Shown here in pieces: positions 9,472 to 19,951 of a DNA stretch of 64,000 nt (the stretch's first letter is position 1; each line of letters opens with the position of its first letter). The translations under genes and the position numbers were made by a program. The notes beneath the pieces were generated by a model that did no database searches, had not been told where the DNA came from, and saw only the letters and a program-made list of their open reading frames with translations. Origin of the DNA: an uncultured delta proteobacterium (GTDB lineage: Bacteria > Desulfobacterota > Binatia > UBA9968); contig CAVYTU010000013.1 in assembly GCA_963771465.1 (NCBI GenBank), positions 128,001 to 192,000 of the forward strand. The letters are read 5' to 3'.

Positions 9472-10110
9472 ATGGACGACTGTTGTCAGGAGAAAGAAGC
9501 CGAACTTGCCGCGATGCAAGCGACACACGGTCGCGTATTGAGGATTGTTCTCGCGATCAATGCGGTCTTTTTTCTGATTGAGTTCACCGCGGGTATTTTC
9601 GCCAACTCGACCGCTCTTCTGGCGGACTCATTGGATATGCTCGGAGATGCTTTTGTTTACGGCCTTAGCCTATTTGTGTTGTCACGGAGTGTTAAATGGA
9701 AAGCTGGTGCATCGATCGCGAAAGGCGTCATTATGGTCGCCTTTGGCATCGGCGTACTTCTGGAAGCCTTTTATAAAGGTATGACTGGCCAAGTGCCAGT
9801 TTCTGAAACGATCGGACTGATTGGTGCGCTGGCTCTCTTGGCCAACTTAGTGTGTTTTGCACTTCTGTATGGATACCGAGCTGATAATCTCAACATGCGC
9901 TCTACGTGGCTCTGTTCGCGAAACGACATAATAGCAAACGCTGGCGTTTTAGTAGCGGCCTTCGGGGTGTACGCAACTCAAGCCGTATGGCCGGACGTTC
10001 TGATCGGTGGCGCTATAGCCCTACTGTTTCTGAAATCGGCCTTAACCGTGCTTACCGAATCTTTTAGCGAATTTAAGCGTGCGAAGCCGGTTCCTTCCTG
10101 CTCGATCTAA
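9472..10110 (+). CDS. Cation diffusion facilitator family transporter (short form)
   Basis: MDDCC N-terminus, ALLADSLDMLGD and NMRSTWLCSRND motifs. Confidence 0.9.
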   Translation: MDDCCQEKEAELAAMQATHGRVLRIVLAINAVFFLIEFTAGIFANSTALLADSLDMLGDAFVYGLSLFVLSRSVKWKAGASIAKGVIMVAFGIGVLLEAFYKGMTGQVPVSETIGLIGALALLANLVCFALLYGYRADNLNMRSTWLCSRNDIIANAGVLVAAFGVYATQAVWPDVLIGGAIALLFLKSALTVLTESFSEFKRAKPVPSCSI

Positions 10111-10498
10111 GTCGAGCGAATTTCTGCCGTCTTCGCCTTCGGTCCGCGCTTCTTTGCTCCGGGTGCCGCGATCTTCTTTCCGCCAATGACGACGTGACCG
10201 ACTTTCAACGCGTGGCGCCATAACATTAGTCCGGCGCACATTCTGAATCGACCGATCGCGCCGTGGCGGTCCATATCGACGTTGGGCGGAGTCCTGCCAT
10301 TTTCCTTCAAAAACCTTTAAACGCTGCCCAAATCAAATGCCCTTTGCTTCTAGCGAATGCGTTATTCTTGCGCGCAGCCTTTGCGGAGAGTAACTTCAAA
10401 AAATCCGGTCTTTATATTATTGGTTAGGGCCGCAGTTATATCGAAGAACATTCGGCAAACATTTCGACCTTGAACGTACAAAGGAAGGACCATCAGCT

Positions 10499-11521
10499 AT
10501 GAACACGTTGTCGCCAGCACGCATTATGGAAGTTGGCCTGGCCTTTTGGCCAGCGAAAGTTCTGCTCTCTGCGCTCGAGGTCGGACTGTTCACGAAACTG
10601 AGCGCCAATTCCATGACTGGCCACGATCTGCAGCTTGCGCTTGGCTTGCATTCGCGCGCTAATCCCGATTTTTTCGACACGCTTGTGGCGCTGCAATTTC
10701 TGGAGCGTGACGGCGATGGCCCTGAGGCACGATATCGCAACACAGAGGAAACCGCTTTGTTCCTCGATCGGCACAGCCCACAGTTTATGGGCGGCTTCTT
10801 AGAAATGGCCAACGCTCGCCTTTATCGATTCTGGGGCGATCTCACTGATGGACTTCGAACCGGCAAGCCGCAGAACGAGATCAAACACACCGGCACGTCC
10901 ATGTTCGCTGAGCTTTACAGCAAGCCCGAACGGCTTGAGCAATTCATGGACGCGATGAGCGGCATTTCTGCGGGCAATTTTCAGGCCTTTGCCGACAAGT
11001 TCGATTTCTCCCGTTATCAAACCGTCTGTGACGTGGGTGGCGCGACCGGTCAGTTGTCAATGTTTGTCGCCAGCAAGCACCCACACCTTCGATGCACTTC
11101 TGTAGACCTTCCGGAGGCCACCCGAATCGCGGAGCGGAAAATAGCGGCTGCAGGACTCACCGATCGGGTCGCCGCGAAGTCTCTTGATTTCTTCGCGAAC
11201 CCGTTGCCAAAGGCTGATGTGATCACGATGGGCATGATACTCCACGACTGGAATTTGGAGCAGAAAATGCACCTCGTCCGTGCCGCCTACGATGCCCTGC
11301 CTCCCGGGGGAGCGTTCGTCGTCATTGAGAACCTGATCGATGACTCAAGACGTGAGAACACATTCGGGCTCCTCATGTCGCTCAACATGTTGGTCGAGTT
11401 CGGCGATGCGTTCGACTTCACTGCCGCTGATTTCTTTGGCTGGTGTCGCGAGGTCGGCTTCAGTAGGACCGAGGTGATTCCGTTGGCGGGTCCTGCAAGT
11501 GCCGGCGTGGCTTACAAGTAA
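10499..11521 (+). CDS. O-methyltransferase (Methyltransf_2, ASMT-like)
   Basis: Dimerisation N-domain, DVGGATG, DFF and ILHDW motifs. Confidence 0.9.
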   Translation: MNTLSPARIMEVGLAFWPAKVLLSALEVGLFTKLSANSMTGHDLQLALGLHSRANPDFFDTLVALQFLERDGDGPEARYRNTEETALFLDRHSPQFMGGFLEMANARLYRFWGDLTDGLRTGKPQNEIKHTGTSMFAELYSKPERLEQFMDAMSGISAGNFQAFADKFDFSRYQTVCDVGGATGQLSMFVASKHPHLRCTSVDLPEATRIAERKIAAAGLTDRVAAKSLDFFANPLPKADVITMGMILHDWNLEQKMHLVRAAYDALPPGGAFVVIENLIDDSRRENTFGLLMSLNMLVEFGDAFDFTAADFFGWCREVGFSRTEVIPLAGPASAGVAYK

Positions 11522-11580
11522 CGGAAGCGGAACGGTCGGTTGGCGGAGCGCTGGAGTAATGGAGTGATGGGTTCAGGGAG

Positions 11581-13026
11581 ATGATGATGAGTAGATTCGT
11601 CTTTCGCTTGCGCATGATCTGTCTCTCGGTGCTGTTTGTTTTCCTAGCGCCGGCGGTTTTATGGAGCCAGAGCAGACCGATTGCTGTCGTCGGTGCAACG
11701 TTGATCGACGGCACGGGGCGAGCGGCTGTTGCGGATTCTGTAGTCGTCATTCGCGACGGCAGGTTTCAGGAAGTCGGCGAACGGGGCAAGGTGTCGATTC
11801 CACAAGGCGCCGAAATCGTCGACGCCAAGGGAAAGAGCGTTCTTCCCGGATTGATCGATGGCCACTGCCACTATCGCGATTGGATGGGTGAAATCTATCT
11901 CGCCTACGGTGTGGTCACCTGTCCGAATATTTCCAACAATCCGGTGGACTGGATCATCGCGCAGCGCGAAGGCGCGAAGAACGGTAGCGTGCGCGGGCCG
12001 CGGGTGTGGGCTTCGGCAAACATCATCGACGGTCCGCCGCCCGAGGGAACCGATGTGCTGAGGCGCCAACGCACCAGCATCATCGTCGATAGCGAAGAGG
12101 AAGCACGGCAAGCCGTTCGTAGTTTGGTGGAGAAAGGTGTCGACGGCATAAAGTTATTCGAGCGCTTGAAACCGCAAGTCGCCAAGGCAGCGGCGGACGA
12201 GGCGCATAAGCTCGGGCGACCGGTGTTCGGTCACACTCTCGATATTTTCACCGCGGCGGAAAATGGTTATCAGTCCGTCGAACATTCGTGGTCGGTGGTT
12301 TACACGTCGATCCAAGACCCGAAAAAGAAACACGAGCTGGACATCGGTCGCATGTTGCGGAAAGTAGACACCGACGAAGTCCATGCTCATATGGAACCAG
12401 CGATGTTCGATAAGATCGTCAAAACGATGATCGCCAAGAACGTGCATTGGAGCACGACCTGGGCGACGTGGTTTCGACCGCTTTCGACTTATGCGGAGGA
12501 GATGAAGCGCCGCGAGCTGGCGCTGCTGAAAAACCCGCAACTAAAATATCTGCCGGCCTACATTCTCAAGGACACGGAAAGCTTTTTTGCGAAGTATGAA
12601 AAGATGGCGCCGGAAAAGCGCAATTCAATTGTGGCCGGTTACAAGATGCTTCAGGACTTTGTCCGCAAGTTCGCAGCGGCGGGCGGCAAGATTCACACCG
12701 GCTCCGATCCCAATCACGTCGTCCCCGGATACGCCATGCACGCCGAATTACAAATGCTCGTCGAAGCGGGACTGACGCCGCTGCAAGCGATTCGAACCGC
12801 GGCGCTCAATGTCGCTGAAGCGTGGGGCAGGGAGAAAGATTTTGGCAGCGTCGAGAAAGGCAAGGTGGCGGATTTGGTGATTGTGCGCGGTGACGTGCTG
12901 AAGAATATTTCGGCCACGCAGGACGTCGAGATGGTATTTATCGACGGTAAAAAAGTCGACACGTCGTTTCACGCCGACTACAAGAATCCGCTGCCGCGGC
13001 CGATCGAAGATCGGCCGGAGCAATGA
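11581..13026 (+). CDS. Secreted amidohydrolase (imidazolonepropionase-like)
   Basis: Signal peptide, LPGLIDGHCH, GSD and GSVEKGKVADLV motifs. Confidence 0.88.
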   Translation: MMMSRFVFRLRMICLSVLFVFLAPAVLWSQSRPIAVVGATLIDGTGRAAVADSVVVIRDGRFQEVGERGKVSIPQGAEIVDAKGKSVLPGLIDGHCHYRDWMGEIYLAYGVVTCPNISNNPVDWIIAQREGAKNGSVRGPRVWASANIIDGPPPEGTDVLRRQRTSIIVDSEEEARQAVRSLVEKGVDGIKLFERLKPQVAKAAADEAHKLGRPVFGHTLDIFTAAENGYQSVEHSWSVVYTSIQDPKKKHELDIGRMLRKVDTDEVHAHMEPAMFDKIVKTMIAKNVHWSTTWATWFRPLSTYAEEMKRRELALLKNPQLKYLPAYILKDTESFFAKYEKMAPEKRNSIVAGYKMLQDFVRKFAAAGGKIHTGSDPNHVVPGYAMHAELQMLVEAGLTPLQAIRTAALNVAEAWGREKDFGSVEKGKVADLVIVRGDVLKNISATQDVEMVFIDGKKVDTSFHADYKNPLPRPIEDRPEQ

Positions 13027-13039
13027 AACGAGTCATTGA

Positions 13040-14197
13040 ATGAAGAACAGCCGCGGCATCAAATCGGTTCGTCGTTCTTTTTCCTCGCCCTCCGCCAGGA
13101 GGGAGAGGATGAAGGTGAGGGTGGTTCATCTTCGAGGGACCCTCACTCCGGCCCTCTCCCGCTTTGCGGGCGAGGGGGCAGCTCTCTCTCGCGTCTTACA
13201 TCTTATTCATGCGTTGGTGCTCTACGTGTGGGTGTTTGTTCCGACAAGTTTGATGGCTGCTGATTTACACGCTCTTACTGTCCTTTCCTACCCCGATCGT
13301 CCGGCGAAGTTACCGCTTTGGTTGGCCCAGGATGCCGGGTTGTTCGAAAAATACGGCTTGAAAGTTGAAATCAGAACGCCAAAGTCCGGCGAAGAATTGG
13401 TCGAGCGGGCCGGCCGTGATGAAGCGGAAATTTATGTCGCCACGGCGAACTGGATAGTATCGGCGGTTGGCGACGGCAAAGATTTAGTGTTTTTCGCCAA
13501 CACGGGTTACAGCGTGCTCAAGCTATTGGCGCATCCGTCGATCGCGCGGCCGGAACAATTAAAAGGCAAAAGAATCGGCACCGGCGAAGCCAATAGTTCC
13601 CAGGACCGGATCACGCGCGAAACTTTGCGCCGGCTAGGATTGGACCCTGAGCGCGATGTCACGCTGGTGCCGTTCGGCAGCCGGAGCGTGCAGCGAGTAA
13701 ATGCTTTGATCAAGGGCGAGATCGATGCGACCACCAGTAACGAAGACAATATCTTTGATCTGGAACGGCGCGGTGAGATTAACAAAGTTCGCGTGCTGGC
13801 CGACAACGATAGTCTCAAACTCTACATCGGCGCCGGCGTGGATTTCGCCGTGACGCGCACCTTGCTAACGAGCTCGCGCGACATTGTCAAAAAATTTGTC
13901 CGAGCGCTCAGCGAAGCGATTTCTCTGGCGCGGCGCGAGCGCGCTGCGGCGGATAGGATTTATGCGCGCTATTTGAAAGTGAACGATCCAGCGCTGCTCG
14001 ATTTCATGTATCGCACCTACGTGCAAGGTGCGATTCCCGAGCGGCCGTTTCCTCGGCTAGAAAATGTCGCGCTGGGCATCGCGGAGTTTGCTTCGAAGCC
14101 CGGACTTAAGGGAAAGACCGCGGAAGCGATCACCGATTCCGCGCTTGTCCGTGACCTGCAGCAGGAAGGATTTTTTAGCCAACTCTATCGCAAGTAG
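13040..14197 (+). CDS. ABC substrate-binding protein, NMT1/SsuA family; N-terminus includes a palindromic element
   Basis: LWLAQDAGLFEKYGL and LKGKRIG motifs; start uncertain (13040 or 13109). Confidence 0.8.
   Translation: MKNSRGIKSVRRSFSSPSARRERMKVRVVHLRGTLTPALSRFAGEGAALSRVLHLIHALVLYVWVFVPTSLMAADLHALTVLSYPDRPAKLPLWLAQDAGLFEKYGLKVEIRTPKSGEELVERAGRDEAEIYVATANWIVSAVGDGKDLVFFANTGYSVLKLLAHPSIARPEQLKGKRIGTGEANSSQDRITRETLRRLGLDPERDVTLVPFGSRSVQRVNALIKGEIDATTSNEDNIFDLERRGEINKVRVLADNDSLKLYIGAGVDFAVTRTLLTSSRDIVKKFVRALSEAISLARRERAAADRIYARYLKVNDPALLDFMYRTYVQGAIPERPFPRLENVALGIAEFASKPGLKGKTAEAITDSALVRDLQQEGFFSQLYRK
13083..13178. repeat. REP-like composite palindrome (CCCTCTCCC...GGGAGAGGG type)
   Basis: Hairpins CCTCGCCCTCC-gcca-GGAGGGAGAGG and CCCTCTCCCGC-ttt-GCGGGCGAGGG flank GTGAGGGT...ACCCTCAC. 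Confidence 0.75.
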
Positions 14198-14326
14198 CCT
14201 GAACACGGCCTCTACAGCCAACAAAAGTTGACAGGCGCGAGACGTTCCTAATCGCAAGCAGAGCGACAACTAGGGCGGCGTGTCGTTCTGATGCGAACCG
14301 TCTTGTGACCACACAAATGGCTATGA

Positions 14327-14797
14327 TCACGATGAAAACCCGATCCACGGTTTTGGCCAGGGGACGCTCAGCAGATTGTCATAAACGCCGTAGAGAAAAC
14401 CCCAAGTGACCGCCGTCAACACTATCGCGGTCAACCAGCCGCCGCCGTATAACTTGACGTAGAGCAAAACAAACAGCGGCAGCGCGATCAGAAAGCCGAT
14501 CAGGTGGATGGCGAAGAAAAGTCCCCAGAGCCACGCCCAGATTTCCAAACTGCCCCAGCGGCCTTGATGCTCGATGGCCTGAACCTCGAATGTCGGGCGC
14601 ATGATGACTGAGCCCTCGGAGCGCGCGGCCTTGAAGTCTAGCCGCAGTTGCAGCAACGCGAGGACGACGCCGATGCTTCCCAGTAGAAGGATGATGATGG
14701 ACGCGCGCACCGGCCAATCCTTGGCGACGAACAAAGCCGCGACCATGACCAGACCGATGAACGCGGTAAAAAATAGTTGTTCCTTGGCGCGACTCAT
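14327..14797 (-). CDS. tctB: Tripartite tricarboxylate transporter small subunit
   Basis: Four TM segments and C-terminal LSVPWP; ATG overlaps the tctA stop. Confidence 0.8.
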   Translation of the reverse strand: MSRAKEQLFFTAFIGLVMVAALFVAKDWPVRASIIILLLGSIGVVLALLQLRLDFKAARSEGSVIMRPTFEVQAIEHQGRWGSLEIWAWLWGLFFAIHLIGFLIALPLFVLLYVKLYGGGWLTAIVLTAVTWGFLYGVYDNLLSVPWPKPWIGFSS

Positions 14798-16287
14798 TAA
14801 GCCTCCGACAAAGACGTCTCGATTTTTCGTTTTCGCGCGGTGAGAATCGGGTACACAATGGATGCAATCACGAGCAGGATCAACACAATCACGGTGGGCC
14901 GCGCCAGCCATTCAAATCCATAGCGGGTGTACGAGAGCCAGAGATACAGTTCCATCTTGTCGCCCAGCACCATGCCCAGCACCAGTGGCGCGCGCGGCCA
15001 GCCGTAGCGGCGCATGAAGAAACCGAGGGAGGAGAAAATCATCAGCCCGGTAAGATCATAGGTGTGAAAGTTGGCCGCGAAGGCGCCGATGAAGACAAAA
15101 GCCACCACCGGCGGAACGATGGCGTAAAACGGCATGAAGCAAATCTTGGCTATGGGTTTGGCAAACACCATGCAGATCGCCGTGGCGAGAATATTGGCGA
15201 TGACCAATGTCCAGATCACGGCGAAGGTCAGGTTGAGCTGTGAGGTCAGCATGTCCGGGCCCGGCTTGATGCCGACGGCGATAAAGGCGGTAAGCACGAG
15301 CGCCGACGAAGTGCCGCCGGGAATGCCGAAGGCCAGTGTCGGAATGTAATCGCCGCCTTCCTTGGCGTTGTTCGAACCTTCCGACGCGATCACGCCGCGC
15401 ACGTCGCCCTTGCCGAAGTTCTCCCGGTTCTTTTCGGTCTGCACCGCGTGAGCGTAAGCGAACCAATCCGCCACCGAGCTGCCCAGACCGGGGAGAAAGC
15501 CGACCCAGACGCCGATGATCGAAGTGCGAATCAACAGCCACCAGTGAATGAAGACATCCTTGATGCCTTGCACGTAGCCGCGGCCAAATTCTTCCGCCTT
15601 GGCGATGGCGCCCTTGCGGCCGGCGAGATCGATGACTTCCGGGATGGCGAAGATGCCGAGGGCGACGAGAACCAGATCGATGCCTTCCCAAAAATACGAA
15701 ATATTGAACGCGTAACGCTCGATGCCGGATTTGGCGTCCAGGCCGACGGTTGAAATCAGCACGCCGAGAATGCCGCCGAGCAAGCCTTTGATGGGCGCGT
15801 TGCCGCTGAGAATGCCGACCATGCTCACGCCCCAGAGCGTGAGAATAAAAAATTCCGGCGAGCTAAAAGAAAGCACCAGCGGGCGCAGCACCGGTAACGA
15901 AGCAAATAGGACCAGCGCGCCGAAAATACCGCCCAGCAACGATGCCACGAACGAAGCGCTGAGCGCTCTGGCGCCTTCGCCGTTTTTCGCCATCGGATGG
16001 CCGTCGAGAATCGTCGCTTGGGAGCCCGTGCTGCCCGGCACTGAGATGAGAATCGAAGTAAACGCGCTGGCGGTGTTGCCGACTGCGTCCATGCCGACCA
16101 GGAGCGCAATGACGAGAAGCGGATCTTTCATCGTCATGACGAAGGGAAGCATGAGGGCGAGCGTGCTCGGCCCGCCGATGCCCGGCAAAAAGCCGACCAG
16201 GCTGCCGATGCCGACGCCGAGGCACATGAACATGAAGGCCTCGGGTTGAAGCACGCCGACCAAGCCTTCAAGAGCCGCCTCAAACAT
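14797..16287 (-). CDS. tctA: Tripartite tricarboxylate transporter permease
   Basis: GFLPGIGG, VPGS...DGHPMAKNG and SNNAKEGG..IPTLAFGIPG motifs. Confidence 0.93.
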   Translation of the reverse strand: MFEAALEGLVGVLQPEAFMFMCLGVGIGSLVGFLPGIGGPSTLALMLPFVMTMKDPLLVIALLVGMDAVGNTASAFTSILISVPGSTGSQATILDGHPMAKNGEGARALSASFVASLLGGIFGALVLFASLPVLRPLVLSFSSPEFFILTLWGVSMVGILSGNAPIKGLLGGILGVLISTVGLDAKSGIERYAFNISYFWEGIDLVLVALGIFAIPEVIDLAGRKGAIAKAEEFGRGYVQGIKDVFIHWWLLIRTSIIGVWVGFLPGLGSSVADWFAYAHAVQTEKNRENFGKGDVRGVIASEGSNNAKEGGDYIPTLAFGIPGGTSSALVLTAFIAVGIKPGPDMLTSQLNLTFAVIWTLVIANILATAICMVFAKPIAKICFMPFYAIVPPVVAFVFIGAFAANFHTYDLTGLMIFSSLGFFMRRYGWPRAPLVLGMVLGDKMELYLWLSYTRYGFEWLARPTVIVLILLVIASIVYPILTARKRKIETSLSEA

Positions 16288-16554
16288 TTTCGCTTCCGAG
16301 CGGTGACAAGACCGCGCTCGCCTGGATTACTTTCAGTAAAACTGTGATCGAGGTACAACCGTTCCGGAACGAAGGCAAAACAGTTGTGCCTTGAAGCTGC
16401 AAGCGCGGCCAGTTGCTTGTACGATCAGCTGTAAAGAAGTCAAACATCATGGCGAGTGCCGAGCACAAAATGAAACATTCGCGCCGGTGCCTTCGTTTCT
16501 CCAGGGTTAACCTGATCGAGATGTTCTATTTCCTCGTGGCGTGAATAACCCACG

Positions 16555-17613
16555 TTAGGATTGTTTCTCGCCAAGCGGGAGATTGTATTTCTGACGCAGC
16601 TTGGTGATGAATTCCTTAGCGTCCTTCGAGATGCTGGTTTGTTCCCGAATCAGCTCCTCAAGCCTCTCCGCCGTGATAGGTTTCCAGCCGTCGCCGAAAA
16701 ACTTATCGCCTTCCTTGTCGACTTCGGGATCTTTCATGAGCTTGGCAAAGGCCTCGCGCAGCGAATGCAGCAGATGATCCGGCGTTCCGGGCGGCGCCAC
16801 CAAGAATTTATCCAGATCCGGCGAGCCGGCCCAGGCGACGAAGGCCTGCCAGGCCAATCCGGTCGGTTTTTTTGCGCCCAAGGTTTCAAGAAAGGTTGGA
16901 ACATCGGCGAAGTCCGTACGCCGCCGTTCATCCTCGGCGAGGAGAATCTGAACGATCCCCTCGCGCCGTAAATCGCCGACCAACTTGACGTTAGCTGTGG
17001 ACCAAACATCGATCTCGCCTTGGCGTATGGCCAACTGCAGTTCTCGACTGCCCGGATAGCCGTAAATCCAGCGCATGTTCCAGCCGAGATATTCGGTGGC
17101 CCACACAGTCATGGCGACCCAGGAACGAATTCCGTCCGAGTCGCCGACCACCACCGGCTTGGCACTGCGGTTGGTGAGCCGATCGCGGGCGTCATTGCGT
17201 ATCATCATTAGCGTCCCCGAGCGGGCGACACCGCCGATCATCTTGTTCTTTCTCGGGTCGTATTTGATCGTCGGCCCGCCGCGAACGAAGTTGCCGATGC
17301 CCGATGAGGAGTCCTGAAAAATCGTCAATCCATCCGGCTTGGCCTCTGTGGCAAAATAGTTGTTGGCGATTGTGCCGCCGCCGCCCGGCATGTTTTGCAC
17401 GAGCACTCGGGGATTTCCCGGCAAATATTTGCCGATGAACCGTGACACCAGTCTTGCCGCCGTGTCCGTGCCGCCGCCGGTTCCCGAGGAGACGAGGAGT
17501 TTGAGCGTCTTGCCCTCGTAGTAGGGCGCTTCAGCCGCGCCGGCCACCACTCCAGCTGCAAACACGCCCACAAAAAAAGCGCTGCCCACCAAGCCGTTAA
17601 TCATCCTCGACAT
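16555..17613 (-). CDS. tctC: TTT substrate-binding protein (Bug/TctC)
   Basis: GGGTDTAAR, VQNMPGGGG, AKPDGLT and GYPGS motifs. Confidence 0.88.
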   Translation of the reverse strand: MSRMINGLVGSAFFVGVFAAGVVAGAAEAPYYEGKTLKLLVSSGTGGGTDTAARLVSRFIGKYLPGNPRVLVQNMPGGGGTIANNYFATEAKPDGLTIFQDSSSGIGNFVRGGPTIKYDPRKNKMIGGVARSGTLMMIRNDARDRLTNRSAKPVVVGDSDGIRSWVAMTVWATEYLGWNMRWIYGYPGSRELQLAIRQGEIDVWSTANVKLVGDLRREGIVQILLAEDERRRTDFADVPTFLETLGAKKPTGLAWQAFVAWAGSPDLDKFLVAPPGTPDHLLHSLREAFAKLMKDPEVDKEGDKFFGDGWKPITAERLEELIREQTSISKDAKEFITKLRQKYNLPLGEKQS

Positions 17614-17666
17614 AAAGTTTGATCCTTTTCTGCTCGGACAATGGACCCGTTGGCAAATCGGTTTGC

Positions 17667-18725
17667 TTATTTAGAATCGCCCACGGGCAAATTATACTTC
17701 AGCCGCATCTTGGTAATATAATCCTTTGCCTCTTTAGGAATCGCGATATGCTCGCGAATCACGGCTTCGATTTTTTCCGCGCTGTGGCCGCGCCAGCCGT
17801 CGCCGAAGAATTTATCGCCGTCTTTATCCACTTCCGGGTCCTTCATGACTTGCATAAATGCTTCGCGCAAAAGTTTGACAAGCTGATCCGGTGTGCCCTC
17901 GGGCGCGACTACATATTTATCAAGCTCCGGCGCGCCGGCCCACGCCTGGTAAGCTTGCCAAGCCAGCCCCGTGGGCTTTTTTGCACCCAAGAGCTCAACA
18001 AAAGTCGGCGCGTCGGAAAAATCGGCGCGCCGTTGATCCTCTTCGGTGCAGATGACCTGCACGACGCCCTCACGTTGCAGATCCTTTACCAGCTTGGCAT
18101 TTTGCGTCGCCCAGATATCGATTTCGCCCTGGCGGATGGCTAGCTGCAGCTCGCGGCTGCCGGGATAGCCGTAGATCCAGCGCAAATTCCAGCCAAGGTA
18201 TTCGGCGCCCCAAACCGTCATGGCGATCCAGTTGCGGATACCATCGGTGTCACCGACGACGACGGGTTTGGCGGCTTTGTTGGTGAACCGGTCGCGGGCG
18301 TCGTTGCGGATCATAAGCATACTTCCCGGTCGGGCGACTCCGCCGATGAGGCGAAATTTTCTTGGGTCATATTTGATCGAAGGCCCGCCACGAACGAAGT
18401 TCGCCACGCTGGAAGACGAATCTTGCATGATCGTCAGGCCGTCCGGTTTTACCTCGCTGGCGAAATAGTTGTTGGCGATGGTCGCACCGCCGCCGCCCAT
18501 ATTCTGGATGACTATCTTCGGATTACCCGGCAGATATTTCGGCAAGTAACGCGCTATGAGCCGGCCCGCGGTATCGGTGCCGCCGCCGGGACCCGAAGCG
18601 ATCAGAACGCGCAAGGTTTTGCCTTCATAGAACGGCGCCTGGGCCGCCGGTGCCGATGCCGCCAATGCGGCGACCAACCCCACCAGCGCAATAGACAGAG
18701 TGAATCTTGAATGCCGATTTTTCAT
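17667..18725 (-). CDS. tctC: TTT substrate-binding protein (Bug/TctC), tandem paralog
   Basis: Same motifs as the neighbour and highly similar to it; GGAGGT RBS before ATG 18725. Confidence 0.88.
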   Translation of the reverse strand: MKNRHSRFTLSIALVGLVAALAASAPAAQAPFYEGKTLRVLIASGPGGGTDTAGRLIARYLPKYLPGNPKIVIQNMGGGGATIANNYFASEVKPDGLTIMQDSSSSVANFVRGGPSIKYDPRKFRLIGGVARPGSMLMIRNDARDRFTNKAAKPVVVGDTDGIRNWIAMTVWGAEYLGWNLRWIYGYPGSRELQLAIRQGEIDIWATQNAKLVKDLQREGVVQVICTEEDQRRADFSDAPTFVELLGAKKPTGLAWQAYQAWAGAPELDKYVVAPEGTPDQLVKLLREAFMQVMKDPEVDKDGDKFFGDGWRGHSAEKIEAVIREHIAIPKEAKDYITKMRLKYNLPVGDSK

Positions 18726-18964
18726 GATCAGTTTAACCTCCAATTTCTGCTCGCGCCCAATTCATCGGCCCATGGCGCGTCAGGTTATCGACAATCCATC
18801 GAGCGCGGGCATCATACACAAAAACAGCGCTTGGCAACAATCATTTTGCAATTTTCCGAGATCGCGTGTCGAGGCTGTGATGGGGCCAATCCTGAAAGTC
18901 GCTGTGGGTCAGCGAAAGGATTGTTGAAGCTGCTTTGACAAGGTGCTAGAAGAGATCTGCCAGT

Positions 18965-19041
18965 GGTCGCATAGCTCAGTTGGTTAGAGCGCGCGCCTCA
19001 CATGCGCGAGGTCGTAGGTTCAAGTCCTACTGCGACCACCA
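18965..19041 (+). tRNA. tRNA-Val: tRNA-Val(CAC)
   Basis: GGTCGCA/TGCGACC acceptor stem, CGCGC-CT-CAC-AT-GCGCG anticodon arm, GGTTCAAGTCC T-arm, encoded CCA. Confidence 0.97.
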
Positions 19042-19951
19042 TATTTGCTAGTGTAAAGAACCGCCCACTTTTGTCCTTCTTCGAGACGGTCGCGGGCGCC
19101 CACGGCAACCGATACGTCAGGGTGATTTTTTGCCGCGAACCCGTACTTCCCTAATAATTTACTTCAAAAATTCTCTTTTCGACCCGATTGCTCGTTCTTT
19201 CCGTCGCTTCTGCATTTCTCTTATGTGTGAGCGTGCATCAGAGCGGTAGGAATCTGTCGGATTTCGGCCTTAAAAGTAGTCACTTTATTGAAAAGTACCA
19301 AATAAAATTATGAAACCCTACTCTTCCGCGGCGGCCGAAAGAATCTCTTCTTGCGTCGCTTTCAGCCAGTATTCTGTAGGGTCGTTTTTCAATTTGACTG
19401 GCGTCAGTGAGCCTTCAACGTCGTGCGTTACACGCTCAAAAGTTTGAAAATTTACTTCAATCATCCTGCCGTCGGCATTTTCAAATTTCATAATCTAGAA
19501 ATAACATGCTGCATGCCTTGATAAAAGATACCCCACGATTCGGGTTCGCTAAAAACTGGATCGACGGTAATATGATTATAAAGGAGGAAATGAAGAAAAA
19601 CTTATTTTAATAACGCGGAGGCACCTTCCCGTCATCCACACGTTTTCACTCCTTGCACATCCTCATTCCTATGGCCAACCGACACTGTCGTTATTTCAGC
19701 GGCTCGCTAACCCAGAGTTGATTGGTTTAGAGGTGTGTTCTTGTAAGAGAAAGTCTTACTGCTGCCCTGCCGTGGCTGCCTTCTGTTTGCGGCAGTTCGT
19801 CGAGAATACTGGCAACGATTGAGGTGGGCGCGCAGCTCTTTACCGCTGTCTGCACGAAATGCCGCGGCAGGATTTCATAGGCCACACAGCTATTAAACAT
19901 GCGGAAGGAGTCGCGAACTGGAACCGCAAGGCATAAGGATTTTGCTCCGTC

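Noticed and set aside
10107-10310. 67-aa minus-strand ORF, possible mobile-element remnant
   Set aside because: No recognisable motif or RBS; cannot be supported.
18831-18850. TTGGCA...TTGCA near tctC
   Set aside because: Wrong spacing and wrong strand for tctC.
19720-19880. Cys-rich short ORFs after the tRNA
   Set aside because: No consistent frame, start or family pattern.
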